Under the pieces are notes generated by a model, which had not been told where the DNA came from, did no database searches, and was given only the letters and a program-made list of their open reading frames with translations. A program made the translations under genes and the position numbers. Of a stretch of 64,000 nucleotides of DNA, positions 25,722-40,171 are shown piece after piece. Every line of letters begins with the position of its first letter. The stretch's first letter is position 1. This stretch comes from Eledone cirrhosa (lineage: Eukaryota), in the NCBI GenBank assembly GCA_964016885.1, contig OZ024743.1, positions 31,992,001-32,056,000 of the forward strand, given 5' to 3'.

Positions 25722-26206
25722 CAGGGCGGGTAAAATTCCCGAGATCCATGGACGAGTTCTTTCCAGCGGTCTCTCTCCCTCATTATCGCTGCCATGTCCT
25801 GCGTCTCCAACAGAACAGTGTCTGTCATTAGGGCATCAACATACGTTAACCTTGGTCGTCCCCTTCCAGTATGTCCATGTAGGGCCTCCCACAGGAGCAC
25901 TGAGTGCAATGTCAATTCTGGATGTCGGTGAGCATGTCCAGCTAACCTCAGTCTCCTCTGTGTCACTTTTGAGCTGACTTATGGGAGGCTCCCATACAGC
26001 TCTGAGCTTTTCATCCTCAGTGTATATTGATTAATGTTCAGAGCCATCCTCAGCATTCTCGTGAAGCACCCATCCACCATCTGAGTGAGTTTCTTAGTCA
26101 GTGTCCAAGTCTCAGACCCGTACAGCAGCACAGGCTCCACTACAGCAATGAAGAGGTGAATTTTCAGGTCTTTACGAAGGTCCGACTTCCACACCGATCT
26201 CAAGTA
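25722..26206 (-). mobile_element. RTE-clade LINE 3-prime fragment with 13-bp TSD
   Basis: PVLLYGSETWTL, RRLRLAGH, GRGRPRLTY; TATATTAGTATTC at 25709-25721 and 26207-26219. Confidence 0.88.
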
Positions 26207-26546
26207 TATATTAGTATTCGATTCAATTAATTCTGGTGCTTGCTGCTAATTTCTATGTTTTGTATCATGCTCTATCTAAATTGTTTATTAGTATTTATTC
26301 ATTTATTGTTGATATCATTATTTTTACCTTTATTTTTTATTTTTATTTACTTTTTATCTTTTATTTTTCCTTTTCTCTTCTCTTTCTATCCTCTTTTCTC
26401 TCTGTCTTTTTTCTCTATATCTTTCTCTATTTTCCTCTCTCCTTTTTCTTTCTTTCTTCTCTCTATCTCTCTTTCTTTTTTCTCTCTCTATCTTTATTAT
26501 TAATGATGCTGTATTTGAATTCGTAAAAACTGAACATATAACAGTC

Positions 26547-26650
26547 TCTCCGATGATCTTGTTAAGCTAACAACGTATTTAAAATTGAGTGGCACAGTTC
26601 CAAGTGTTCAGCAATTTTTAGACAACTTGATCAGTGAAACAATTGTTAGA
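26547..26650 (+). ncRNA. HHR variant, CCGATGA core, 79-nt helix II
   Basis: tct-CCGATGA(26550)-...-cttgatcagt-GAAA(26636)-caatt-GTT-aga; mirror copy at about 24040-24145. Confidence 0.6.
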
Positions 26651-28552
26651 ATGTAAATAAAACCCTATTTTGTACTGTTGACCATGTTATTCTTCACTAT
26701 TTCAGTATTATTACTCCAAGATAAACTTACATAGGAATATAAGAGAACTCATAAACTCGCCACCTACGTAAACCTCTTGTCAAACAACGCCGTACGCTAA
26801 AACTATCCATAATACGAAGTATTCACAACCTCTAACTGGATTACCTATAACGATATTTTGCTATCCCTTATATATATATATATATATGTATGTATATATG
26901 TGTGTATATATATATGTGTGTCTGTGTTTGTGTGTGAGTGTGTGTATGTATGTGTGTGCGTGCATATTTTCATCGGACTTCTGCAGTTTCTGTCTTTTGC
27001 ATTTCACTGACAAGCTGTTTGTCTACGCGAGACTTTAGAAACCCAATGTTTCAATGTTGTCGCATCGAACCCGAGACAACGTGCTTGCGAATCAAACGGT
27101 GTAACCAGAAAACAACTTTTCTCATAATTAATTTTCTTTTCTACTAAATTGTTTATATTTCTATTATGCTTAATTTACAGCGTAATCTGCTGTATTATAC
27201 CAGTGTTAGTGTTGAAGAAAATTTTTCATATACTTTTTCATATACTGATATTGCTCTATTAACATTAATACCATGAACAATTTTATTCTTAAGAGCTATC
27301 GGCAAAGTTATAAACTATTCATTTAAACGTTTCCGCTTCGGATTCATTTAATTGATATTTTAATAAGTAGAATATTTTCCTTCGACTGTAATATAGCTTT
27401 AGCTATATTATTAATAGAAATGATATAGAAGAAAGAAAGAAATTGTCCCGCCAACTGATATGTTGAAATAGTAATGGTCTAATATATAAACATACTGAAG
27501 GGATTATCAGTGAAACTCTATATAAAGTTGCTAAGTGAAGCAATCAAAAAATATGCAGTCAGAGATTGAGGAAAGAGAAAAATATGAGAAAAAAAAAGAA
27601 TGTATATAAATATAAATATAAGGCAATAAGGAAAACTACGAATTCAAGACATATAATCCGTTAATGCAGTTTTAGAGCTTAGTCGCACGGGGGAAATAAT
27701 TGTCATTTTGACCTCTATCGATGAATTGATCTGTCAAAAATACGTTAGAACTATAATAGAAGCAAATAAAAACATTTTACTGAGATGGGAAGAGAAGACA
27801 TAGGAGAGTGAGAGTAGTTGTGGTAATAGTTGGCGTCTTAGGACTGCACTGATAATTACTAGGAATCCTCAAATGACATTCTAAATTGAAGTTGTTGGGA
27901 TGACGCCATGCTGTAGCAAACACAGAAAGAATAAACGGATTGCAGATACATTTTATATTTTAGCTAATAAAAACAGTTTATTATCTGTAAATTGGTATCT
28001 GAGTTCAAATCCCGCCGAGGTTGACTTTGCCTTTCATCCTTGCGGGGTCGATAACATAAAGTACCAGTAATGCATTGGGATAATTGCTGGCCTTGTGCCT
28101 AAAGTAGAAACAATTATCTATAAATTGGTAAAGATGAGAAAATCGTTACATCAGTATAATCCAACCACTGTCTTTAAATGAATTCTTTCTAAGGTGTGTT
28201 TTATAGAATGTTTCAATGTGTCGTTAAATCGTCAGCCTGTAGTTTACCCAAAGGGTTGATATGGCAATGTCTTAAGCAGAAGAACAATGTAGAATTATTG
28301 TCGGCAGTCACAAGCGTAATTTGAGTATGTGTTGATGCGTGTATGCGTATGCATGTAAAATATTCGTATGTTTGTTTATATATGAATGTATGTGTTTGCA
28401 GTGAATTTAATATCTTATGGAAATACAAAATAGTAGCTGCCCAGTAACAATATCGTGTGTATAGAAAAATCATTGATAAGATTAATTTGAACAAGAAAAA
28501 AATGATGAATGTGACAATTCAATAACGGATATATATATATATATAAGAAAAA

Positions 28553-28830
28553 TATAAGGAAAAAAGATGTAATCGAAAATGCAACTGGAGTCTTTTTAAG
28601 AATATTTATTTGGTTCCGTTACCGGTGTCGCAGTTCTTACGCTTTTCAAAAGTATAATTGCATGGAGTGAATTATACTTTTGAAAAGCATAAGAACTGCG
28701 AAACCGGTAAAGGAACCAAATAAATATTCTTAAAAAGACTCCAGTTGCATTTTCGATTTCATCTTTTTTCCTTATAGTTTGGAGGACATCTGTTTTTTTT
28801 AAATTTTAGAACAAAAAACCTCATTTTCTA
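28553..28830. mobile_element. fold-back with U3-A8 HHR (28677-28712), family of 14745-16880
   Basis: Arms 28553-28659/28670-28776; ctt-TTGAAAA-gca..tgc-GAAA-ccg-GTA-aag. Confidence 0.85.
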
Positions 28831-28880
28831 ATATATATATATATATATAGTGTGTGTGTGTATGTCCTCCCTTCCCCCAA

Positions 28881-28911
<31 letters not shown>

Positions 28912-30113
28912 TCTCTGTATATATATTTATATATATATTTATATATATATATATATATATATATCAGCATGACTAGCTTTGACAAAACAGAACTATGTAT
29001 ACCCCATCTGATGAACGTCCACACTGCTTCCGTATACCTAATTTCACATACAAGGTTGGGGTTGGCTTGAGACTATAGTAAAGGCTACACTTGCCCCATC
29101 TACTCTGCTGTTGAACGAATACATCCCCGAACATAATCAATTCACTACAGCCTAAAACAAAACTTCCAGACTATTGTTGTTGATAGGTATTTTACTAGGG
29201 GAAAAAAATCTTATTCTACAATTCACAACACATATTCCTCACACAATACAATGAACATCCAACGTACAATCCTACATGCATACACAACTTCAGCCCACAA
29301 TCATAAGGTTCCTCCAACAACTACATCCACTTAATATAATTCTCTTAGCAGGAAACTGACTTTTATCCTCATTACGCTTCAGTTTCACCTTCTATTTGCC
29401 ATACAAGGCAATTCCAGACCGATTCCTTTTATGCTGGTTGCCATTGAATGCTTGGTGTTCTCGATCCCCAGACTCCCGTTTTCCTCCGCTAAAATCGGGG
29501 CGAGGATCTCAGGCCCAAGAACGGGGCCGGCCCCGCACAGTGAAATGGTTGATGTAGCAAGTATCACTGGCTGCTTTTCTCGGCACCGCTTTTGCCAGAT
29601 TTTTAGCGAGGTGTATTTGAGATATACCACCTAGCCACGGTGGAGAATTTTCTCCCCCACCAAACATCCCATCTATCTTCTATTCCTGTTTTACCTTTTT
29701 ATTTTATTTCTTTCACTTTTGATTTTGTTTTTCAGTTTTTTTTCTTTTTTCCCGTCTCCATGACGGTTAATCTGAAGTTTATAGATTAAATTATTGCACT
29801 CTGCAAAGTAACTCTCAGGTATATTGTTCCGCGGTATCTTTCTTCTCCATTCATTCTTTATTTTCATGTCTCTTCTCTTCTTTGATGAATGACAAACCAT
29901 AGCAACATTCGTAGAACATTTTTCATTTCAGTGTGACACTAAAAGATTAGCTTTTTTTTTTATTTCTGTTGTGTCAGTTGTTATTATGATAATTACTTGG
30001 ATTTTACACCTTGCTAAATCAATGCTTAAACACTGTTTATCTCTGAATACCTTATTTGGATTACATTGGAGGTATGATTGCACGCGCACATGCACAGCTA
30101 ATCAAATACGCAT

Positions 30114-30579
<466 letters not shown>

Positions 30580-30592
30580 TATATATATATAT

Positions 30593-32560
30593 ATAACTTT
30601 GATAACTTTGATAGGTTTCGGCCAGTATTGGCCCAGTCCATGTCTAACTTAATAGTACCACCTGGCGAAGTCTTACAAATCAGTGTTTGGGCACCATGGC
30701 CCACTCGAGGCATATCCGGGTGTAGGAGGCTTATCCGGGATTTCTTGAAAGAATTTATCCAAAGACTTCTTGAACTTGATGGGGTCTGTCTCTGCTTTGA
30801 TGTCTTGGTGTAATGTTAAAGAGTGCAGGGCCAATTGAGGTGAAATAATTGTGCCGTCTTGTTGTTATGTGATGCGAGTGGGATTTTTGTCGTGGGCGGA
30901 TAGCACGGCGCCCAAAACTTGGGTGTACACTAAAGGTGATGCCAACATCATTTGGACTAAGCTGATGGAATATTTTCCACATCATACAGATAATGTAGCG
31001 CTCACGGCGACGTTGAAGAGAATAAAGTTTGAGCTTTTCTAATCGACACCAATAGTCAAAGCTTGTCATGCCAACTATCTCTTTTGTAATTGACCTTTGG
31101 GGTGCTTCACCTTTCATGATACTTTGTTCGTGTGGGGTGGCCACAGTGGACAGCACTATTCAATGTGGGGTCGGGAAAAAGTGGAGAAGAGTAGGACAAC
31201 AGTGTGGATATCTCTCGACTGGAAAGTTCTGAGAATCCAGGAACACATTCTGCGGGCCATATCAACTTTGCTGTTTATATGAGTGGCCCAGTTAATATTG
31301 TTGTCCACAATTACTCCAAGATCTCTGATGTTATTGGAAGCCACTAGAGTTTCACCCGAAGGAAGAGAGAATGGTAGTTTCAGAGCATCCTTTTTTCCAA
31401 AGTGGATTAGTTCAAATTTAACCATTCAACAGCATATTATTCATCTCTGCCCATTGGCTAACAGTCAGTAGGTCTGACTGAAGGCAAGTCCGGTCACCCA
31501 CCTCATTGATGACCCATTGGAGCTTAGAATCATCTGCGAAGATTCTGATGTTACTGTGTTTGATGATGTTAGTAATGTCATTAATGTAGATGATGAAAAG
31601 AAGTGGGCCCAACACAGTGCCTTGTGGGACGCCACTGCTGACTTTGGTAGGGCTTGACATTATTCCTTTGACTACAACATGCTGGGTTCTGCCTGTCAGG
31701 AAACATTTGATCCACTGTAGTAACCTTCCAGAGACACCAACATTGGATAGTTTTTTCAGTAGAATCTTATGATGAACCCTGTCGAAGGCCTTGCTGAAAT
31801 AAAGGTAGATGACATCAGTGTTGGAGCCCTCTCCCAAGGCTCTCAAAATATCGTCAAAGTGATGCAGGAGCTGCCTTAGGCAGTCCCTTCCATTACGGAA
31901 CCCATGTTGGTTGGAGTTCAGCAGGTCGTTGCTTTCAAGAAAGTGGGTTATTCGTGATCTCACCACCCTCTCAAATACCTTGATAATATGAGAGGTGAGT
32001 GAGATCGGACGGTAGTTCACTGCAAGGGACTTATTTGCCTTTTTGAAGACTGGGACAACGGACTGGGACAGAAAGTTTTCAGGAATATAGCTAGTGTCCA
32101 GTGAGTTCCTCCACAGATTAGCAAGAAGAGTTGCAAGTTGGTGTTGACACACCTTCAGGACACAAGCAGGGAGCCTGTCGGGCCTACTGCTGAATTGTGT
32201 TTAATTTCGTTTATTGCCGCTAAGACGCCAGGGGTGCCAAACGTTATGTCTGATATAGTGTGTTGGGGGTTAATATCACTGATACGGCCCAGATCAGGGT
32301 TGCTGAAAACAGAGCAGTTTTGTTTCTGCAGTATCTCGCCCATCGTTTTGGCATTGTAGAGATCCATGTTATCAAATGGGTAGGCTGGAGAGAGGACTCT
32401 GGGATTAGCTTTCGGCTGGTGGAATCTCAGGTTACAAAGAGCCATGTCATGGTCTGAGAGAAGGGTTTTTTCCACTGTAATATTATGTATAGTGTTAGTG
32501 TGGTTACTAAACACTAGATCCAGAATGTTCTTCTGATGCCTCGTTGGTGCAAGGACAAGT
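30593..32560 (-). mobile_element. CR1-like LINE ORF2 remnant, internally deleted
   Basis: LDLVFSN..SDH endonuclease end, NYRPISL, QHGFR, FSKAFD, SGVPQGTVLGP, FADD, RDLGV; 3-prime (TATCAAAGT)2 tail. Confidence 0.9.
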
Positions 32561-32794
32561 TGGAACAGATTATGGGTGTTTGTGGCAGCCTAGAGAGCCC
32601 AACTAATGTCAAGTCATTGGCTTTATTGTGCACAGTGACTGATTCACAGTATCAATTAGAGAATGTTGTGTTGCCATCTGCCGTAAAGGAATCATGCAGG
32701 AAAATGGCAGTTCCACCCTTCCTTCTGACAACACGATCCGCACGGATGTATGTAAAATATATATATATATATATAATATATATTAATATATATA

Positions 32795-32840
<46 letters not shown>

Positions 32841-33050
32841 TTATGTATAATATATATATAAATATATATATGTATGTATGTATAATATATATATATAAAT
32901 ACATATATATAAATTTATATTTGTATATATAAATACATATATATATATTCAAATATAAATTTAGCGAGAATCGCATTTCGGCGGGTAGAAGTTAGCGAAA
33001 CGCAACTTCCGTATTGTGTAGACAAGCGCTCCATGGTTATGAAGATACCA

Positions 33051-33123
33051 GACCTTTTTAACTTATGTTTATAGCTCTGGTATCTTCATGATACCAGAGC
33101 TATAAACATAAGTTAGAAAGGTC
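33051..33123. repeat. 34-bp hairpin
   Basis: 33051-33084 inverted at 33090-33123 with one mismatch. Confidence 0.85.
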
Positions 33124-33539
33124 ATACAAACTGAGACGATGGTTAAGAAGCCATTAACCACCAGAGCCAAAAAAGCGAACAAGCTAACGGGTCAACAAAA
33201 TAAGATATGATTGAAATAGTTACCCGGACCCACGGGGAAGATGGAATACTCCGAATTTGGGTTTCTGTAAAACCTAAATCAATAATACTGTCTGCTTATA
33301 AAAAATAAGTTTTTCTATAATGATCGAACAACGCATCGATTTCTCAACAGGCATTTTGTTCTTCGTGGGCTAGAATCTCACAGGTTATGAAAGTACATGT
33401 GAGGTTCTAAGGAGAGAAAACCCCTATTTTGGCCAGTGAATTCAGCGTGTGTAGTTATTGCAAAAATCTGCACAAATAGCACAAAACGAGTATATATATA
33501 TATATATATATAAGAGTATATATATATATATATATAAGA

Positions 33540-34450
33540 AAAAAACTGATGAAGTTTCGTTTACTTGTATTTAGGGTTTTATCCTGTATCGACCTGTTAA
33601 ACGTGTTTAGCAGAGGATTGGCTCAAGGTCACCCATGGAATTTATAGACCTAAATCCACTATCGATCTGCTCGCCTATCTGTCGATTCAATAGAAAATAA
33701 AGTGTTCATCGATTTTATTATTATATACACTCTGCCTGTCCATCGGCTGCTCATATCGGTACCACTATCCGATATTCACTGAATCACATACACTAGATAC
33801 ATATATGTGTGTTTGTGTGTGCGTTTGTGTGTGTGTCTATGTGTGTGTTTGTGTGTGTGTATGTGTGTGGGGGTTTATTCGCTTAGTATTGACTGTAGCA
33901 AGAATATGTTCTTATATTCAAAGCTACGACAACAATTTTGGAGCGTTTTTCGGGTTTCCTGTCCGCGCATGCGTTTGCGCCTTCATCACTGTATGTGTGT
34001 ATGTGTTTTGGAGTTTGTCATGTCTATGTATGTGTTGTATGTGAGGGGAGGGTATGTTTTGCTGTTTACATCTTTTTTCTCCCTATTCTGTCTTCTGTCG
34101 TTAAGTTACTTAATGTTACTATTCCATGTGTTTTCTGTTCAGGTTAGGACTATCTTCTATTATGTGTGTGGCCTCCGTAATTCGTCTGAGTGTTGTGTCA
34201 GTTCTATCTTATCTATTGAACCCTCGTTTTCTAGTTTCGCATGTATGCATAGCACTGTTGAGATTTTCTGCTCCTTAAGTTCTCGCCAATGTCCCTTTAA
34301 TCTCTCTTCTATGTTACTAGCTGCCTCTCCTATATATGTCGTTGTCTTGTTCCTGCACCATCCCTTTATAGATCTTATCCTATAGACTACAATTCTAGTT
34401 TAACAGTTTATCTGTAGGTTTATCTTATGTAGATCTTATCCTGACGACTA
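33540..34450 (-). mobile_element. PLE 3-prime remnant with GIY-YIG endonuclease (34115-34400) absent from the ORF track
   Basis: Manual translation: VVYRIRS...TYIGEAASNIEERLKGH...LCIHA...RRITEATHIIEDSPNLNRK. Confidence 0.75.
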
Positions 34451-35215
34451 CATTTTTAGTTTTAAAATTTATCTGTGGGTTTATCTTACAGTCTATACTG
34501 CTGATTGCCCAAGTTCTTTCGACACACATTTTGTGACCTTTCGCTGACTACTTTTGTTACTTTTTGTCTGCTCATTGTTCTGTTTCACACTATCTTGACT
34601 TTGTGAGTCGTGCGCTTGACTGCGCATACGTTACATCAGTGTGTTTGTGTGTGTGGTGGGGTTGTGTGTGGTGGGGTTGTGTGTGTGTGTGCGTGTGATT
34701 TTATTTTTTCACTCTTCTCTCCTATATGTCACTAGTTAGTAAATTGTTTTCCTGATTTTTCTATACTTCAAATGTATATGTGGCGGGATGTCTATCTATA
34801 TATCAAATTAGTTTTGTTCTTATCGTGATGTTAGTGGTGGCGCAGATGTTGGTGTTGGTGATGACATAGTTCTAGAAACAGCATCCGTTAATTCACTCCA
34901 GACATTTAAAACTCAACCATGTAAATGAAAATTAAATAGTTTTGGAAATTGCACCTAAACGATGGTAAACATATTTACAAAATAACTAAGGTTGATGGTC
35001 TACTTAAAGGAAATCGTTATAGTTAGGGCTTCGTTATATGTATTCCTTTTGCCTGTAATGTTTTATTATTGGTCTGTTCTGGCTTTTACTTTCAAGATCG
35101 ATTTCTTTACTTTCAAAATATAGTTTTTCTTCGCTTTTGTTTTGCCACTAATGGGATAAATTGGTCTTCCAATTTAAAGCAAGTAGCTCTTTCGCCATTT
35201 TTATTTATTTACATA

Positions 35216-35252
<37 letters not shown>

Positions 35253-35374
35253 TACTGAGTCTGTAATCTAATGAACCCTTAAAGGAATTCGCACACATAC
35301 ACACAAACGCACACACACACGCATACAGACAGACAGACGGACACACACATACACACACACATACACACACACAT

Positions 35375-35466
<92 letters not shown>

Positions 35467-35467
<1 letters not shown>

Positions 35468-36420
35468 TCTTTCTTTATTTGCCACAGGGCGTACAAAAAT
35501 GTGACATTACAAGACGTGACGGCGGGGGTTTTACATAAAAATAACTTTAACATTAATAAATAACAATAAACTATGTATAATAAAATAACAATTGAAATCC
35601 CCAGTAGGGGGGAACGTTACTGCAGGGTTGTTTTACACCCCGTGGATAGAACAACCCTCAACACCAGGAACACGTTTTGTAGGTGTTCCTGTCTTCCCTC
35701 TGTTTATCTTCCTCAACCTACAGGTTTATATACAGAGAAGGCCCATTCACTCGGGCCATTTTGGCCACATTCACCCACCTTTTAGCGAATTTACTGGGGT
35801 GTAGCACCTCTCTCTCCACTCTCACCTTCCTTCTGAAGTGATACTTAAAGAAGGGGATAAGTTGTTGTCCGGAGAGAAAGGTGTTTGCCCTCCGTCCTTT
35901 TAACCTCGTCCACCATATTACCTATTTCGCCATAGCCACCAGACAGAGGAAAACCGCCTCTCTCTCTCGTTCTTAAATGAAGGCGGCGGGGTGATCCTCA
36001 CAATGGACTCGGCTGACAACTGGATGCGTCCCACACGTGACAGCAGCTGTTCGACATAATTCCACAGGTCGGTCACCCCTGGGCACTGAACAATTGCGTC
36101 GAACGGTTTCGATGTCCTGCTCGCATCTTGGACAGGTTATTTTGGCAGGATCTCCGCCAGGGCGGCCGTGCCTGTAGATTTTGTCTCGAACTGGTAGTGC
36201 TCCTCGGTAGCACTGCCAGGCCAGAAACCTCTGGAAGTTATCCATAGGCCCTGGACGGAAAGTCCTCCCGAACAGACTGGTCATTACGTCCTCCTCGATG
36301 CCTAGAGTTTCCCCGAGAACGTTGTCGCACTTATCCTCCACTAATCCCCTATAGAATGTCGAAGTGGAGTCTCTGCTGATTGCCGCTTGGTAGAGGGCTG
36401 TGAGCGCCTGTACGCACGCG
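35467..36420 (-). mobile_element. Tx1-clade LINE, 5-prime truncated
   Basis: ORF2 C-terminus (LAWQCYRGALPVR, CPRC); ends AATAAAGAAAGA then (TC)n. Confidence 0.88.
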
Positions 36421-36485
<65 letters not shown>

Positions 36486-36749
36486 TGTTTCTTTTATTGG
36501 CCACTAGGGCATTAAAAGTGGGACAAGTACAAAGGGGGGAGTTTACACAAAAAGGCGTCCTCAATAAGGAGGAGGCAATAACAAAATATAAAAATAAAAT
36601 AAGATATAACAAAAAATAAAATTTATAACAAAATCCTCAATAGAGAGGAGGCGCCTTGGGGGGTCGCACACACCCCCGAAAAAAGTGTGCAACCCTTCTC
36701 CTCAGGAGCACAGAGAAGGGGTGCTCCCTTGGTCTTTCATCTTCCTCGC

Positions 36750-39700
36750 CTATAGTCTGATGTAGAGTGAAGGCCCACTCACACGGGCCATTCTCGCCAC
36801 TTTCACCCATCTTTCATAGAAACGGCTGGGGTGCAGCACCTCTCTCTCCATCCTGATCCTTCTTCCGAAATGATATCGGAAGAAACGGACCAGTTGTTGG
36901 CCAGAGAGAAAGGTGCCTGACCTCAGTCCTTTCAGACGCGTCCACCATACAACCTCTTTCGCCATGGCTATTACGCACAGAAACACCGCCTCTGCTTCAT
37001 CTTTGAAGGGGGGAGGCGGCTTGATCATTACAATAGACTCGGTGGTCAACCGGATCGGTCCCACCCTTGGCAGCAGTTGTTCGACATCGCCCCACAGATC
37101 GGCTACGCCCGAGCAGTGTACCAATGCGTCGCACACGCATCTGGGACAGATCTTTTTGGCGGGGTCCCTACCCGGGCGCCCGTCTCTGTAGAGCCTTTCT
37201 CGAACGGGTAAAGCCCCTCGGTAGCACTGCCAGGCCAGGGACTTCTGGAAGTTGTCCATAGGTCCCGGGCTGAATTTCCAACCGAACAGGCTGGCCAGTA
37301 CATCCTCCTCCATGTCTAGGGCTTCTCCGAGGGCGTAGTCGCACCTGCTGCGTACCAGCCCTCTATAGAATGTTGCGGTGGAGTCTCCACTGATAACCGG
37401 ATCCGCCTGCCAGAGGGCGCTGAGCGCCTGGGCACACTCAGTGTGCCAGGCGCCCAGTTTTCTCGGTCTTTGCTTGACCCAGGATTGCAGCTCGGTGAGT
37501 GAGACGAGGCTGGGAAAGGTTCGTCTCACAAACGAGGCCCACACCGGTTGTCCGGTGAGGAATACGTAGAGGTGCCGTAGCCTTAATGCGTGTTTACGCA
37601 TCATTAGCCACGGCATCCCCAGCCCTCCTTTCGAAGGGTGTTGACAGCAGATGGATCTCCTCACCATAGGAGCCCGCCTCTTCCAAAGGAATTGGAAGAG
37701 CGCGCGCTCCATCTTGGTGAGGGTTTCCCTTGGGCAGGGCACTACGGTCAGGCGGTAGTAGATGACGGACGCTATGTAGGTGTTCGCCACCTCCGCCCGA
37801 CCTTTCAGGGATAGTTTGCAACTGGCCCACTTCTGGGTCAGTGCAAACACCCTGTTCGTAACCTCCGCCCAGTTTTTCTCCACCTGGAGGTCCGGTCCAA
37901 ACCAGACCCCGAGCAACTTCACCGGGCCCTCCGTCCAGTGTCCGACGAGGCCATCGGAGGGCATCGGTCTGCCCCTCCACGTGCCGAGTTGCAAACCGAT
38001 CGACTTGTCCCGGTTCAGCTTAGCCCCTGTGAACTATTCGTACTCCTCCAGTAAGGTGCCGACCGCCTCGATTTCGGAGGCCGTCGACACCATTACTGTC
38101 ACGTCATCGGCGTAGGCCGACACCGCTTTCCGCAATCCCGGTTCCAAAGGGATGCCCTGCAACAACTCCAACTTCCGCAGTAGTGGCTCGAGAGTCAACA
38201 CATACAGAAGGGAGGAGAGAGGGCACCCTTGTCGGATGGACCGCGCGATTTTGAACGGCTCCGAGAGGTAGCCGTTCACCTTGACCCTAGAGCAGATGCG
38301 GCTGCTGTGCATAGCAGTGATCCAGCCCCTGAAAACGGGTCCGAAGCCTGCCACCGCTAGCACCGCATCCAGGTAACCATGGTCGACCCTATCGAACGCC
38401 TTAGATTGATCCAAGTTGATCAGAGCCCCACCAAAGCCGGGTTCGTTCCCAACCCTCTCTATGATGTATCGCATGAGGTGGAGGTTGTCATGGATGGACC
38501 TGGACGGGATAGCGCATGTCTGCGCATCTCCCACCAGGTTGCCCACGACAAGCGCCAACCTCTTTGCTAGCACCTTGGCCAAAATCTGTAACTCTGTATT
38601 TAGCAGAGTTATGGGCCTGAAGTTACTTATTTCGTCCCCCTTGTTCTCGTCCTTCCTCACTAGCGTGACTACGCCCTTGGTCACAGTACAGGGAATTCTC
38701 CCGTTCTGTTGCCAGTTGCAGTAGACCGCCTCGAGGAGATCGGGGAACAAGTCCGGCATAGCTAGATATAATTCGTAAGGAAGACCATCGAGACCCGGGG
38801 ATTTGCGTTTGCCGCATTGGCTCAGCACGTCCTCTATTTCAGCGGCCGAAATCGGCTCCTCGCAGGACTTCGCCTCCCTGTCCGAGAGGCGCGGCAGGCC
38901 GTCGAGGTATGGACCGAAGTCCACGTTCCCAACCGGCTCCCCGCCCCTCCCGAACAGTCGGGCAAAGTGCCTTTGAAAGGCCTCACACATCTGCTTACGC
39001 TCAAGAATCGCCCGTCCATCCAGGTCTCGCAAAGACCGGATGGTGGATTTAGTTCCACTGTTGGCCTCTGTCACGCGGGCCCAGCTAACAGCTTTGGTCC
39101 CCTCGTTCCCTAGAGCACGTATTTTACTTCGGACAACGCAGCCTTCGTGCTTCGCGTCGAAAAACTGGCTCAAAGCCGTTCTCGACGCTAGCACTCTGGC
39201 CACGTCGCCGCTTCTGATTGCCTCTTCTACTCTATCTATTAGCTCCCTTTCCTTCCTATTCCTATCCGCAGCTAGAACCTTACTAAATTCTATCGAGACT
39301 ACTCTAATCTCTCTCTTTAGAGATAACCACCACCTGCTGTTGACGATCGCTCCAGTCAACCGTTCCTTAACTAACGTACTAATCCGATTCCTGTAGGCTC
39401 TACTTGCCGGCAAGGACAAGTTGAGCTTCCAGTAACCGGGGCCCTGTCTATGAGTTCTGTCAAGGTTGACCATGCAGGTCACTAATTTGTGGTCTGAATA
39501 GCCAACCATGCGCATTTTTGGACAACTTAAAAAGTCCTTATCCTTAATTCTAACTAAGAACCTATCTAGGTACGACCTAGATGATCCGCTACGATTTGCC
39601 CAAGTCCAGGTTGGCGCAGTCGGAAAATCTAGTCGATATCTATCGGCCAGGTCAAATCGACCGATTAACCCTTTGAGGCTATTACACCCCTCTCTATCGG

Positions 39701-40147
39701 GGCAGGCCCCTACGTAGTCCCAGCGTGCATCTAGGATACCATTCCAGTCCCCCACTAATAGCAAGGAGCGGGACGTCCCTAGAAAAGTCTCCAGACGATG
39801 GAAGAAGTCCGGCCGCATTGACCCGAAAGGGCCGTAGGCGGCTACCAACCTAAACGCTCCGCCTTTACCACTGCCAAGGTCCAGAACCACTAGTCGACCC
39901 TCCGGGTCCAAATGTACCATCTGTGTTGCGAGACCCAGATGTTTTTGCAGCAGAGCGACAACTCCACCCCCACCTCCAGGCTGACAGAGAGATGCGTGGG
40001 GGCCAGCTGTCGCACGTTGCTGATCCGGGCCTCGCAAATAACCATCACATCTATACGTTGTGACCTGAGGTCATTTAGAAGCATTGCTTGCTTCCAAGTT
40101 GAGCCCAGGCCACGCGCATTTAAACAGCCTACTCTTAGCATAGCCAT
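36750..40147 (-). pseudogene. Tx1 ORF2: APE endonuclease, RT, C-terminal Zn finger
   Basis: GCLNARGL, GDWN, YLDR, SDH, FRPITLLN, DQSKAFD, RQGCPLS, AYADD, GGLG; frameshift near 39990, in-frame TAG at 38034. Confidence 0.93.
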
Positions 40148-40171
40148 GTTGGTGGTGAAGAGAAAAGGCAC

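Larger units (their letters stand above)
23980..26870 (-). mobile_element. PLE (tentatively Nematis-like) with inverted terminal repeat and nested RTE
   Basis: WFNP..IDKHFP..HKIFNRNT.KLSYS, YIGST, CGLC..E..I, C.HK pieces 24819-25720; arms about 23980-24435/26261-26703. Confidence 0.85.

Noticed and set aside
33590-33760. HHR for the 33.5-34.4k PLE remnant
   Set aside because: Only a gcagag/ctctgc pair is visible; core boxes too degraded
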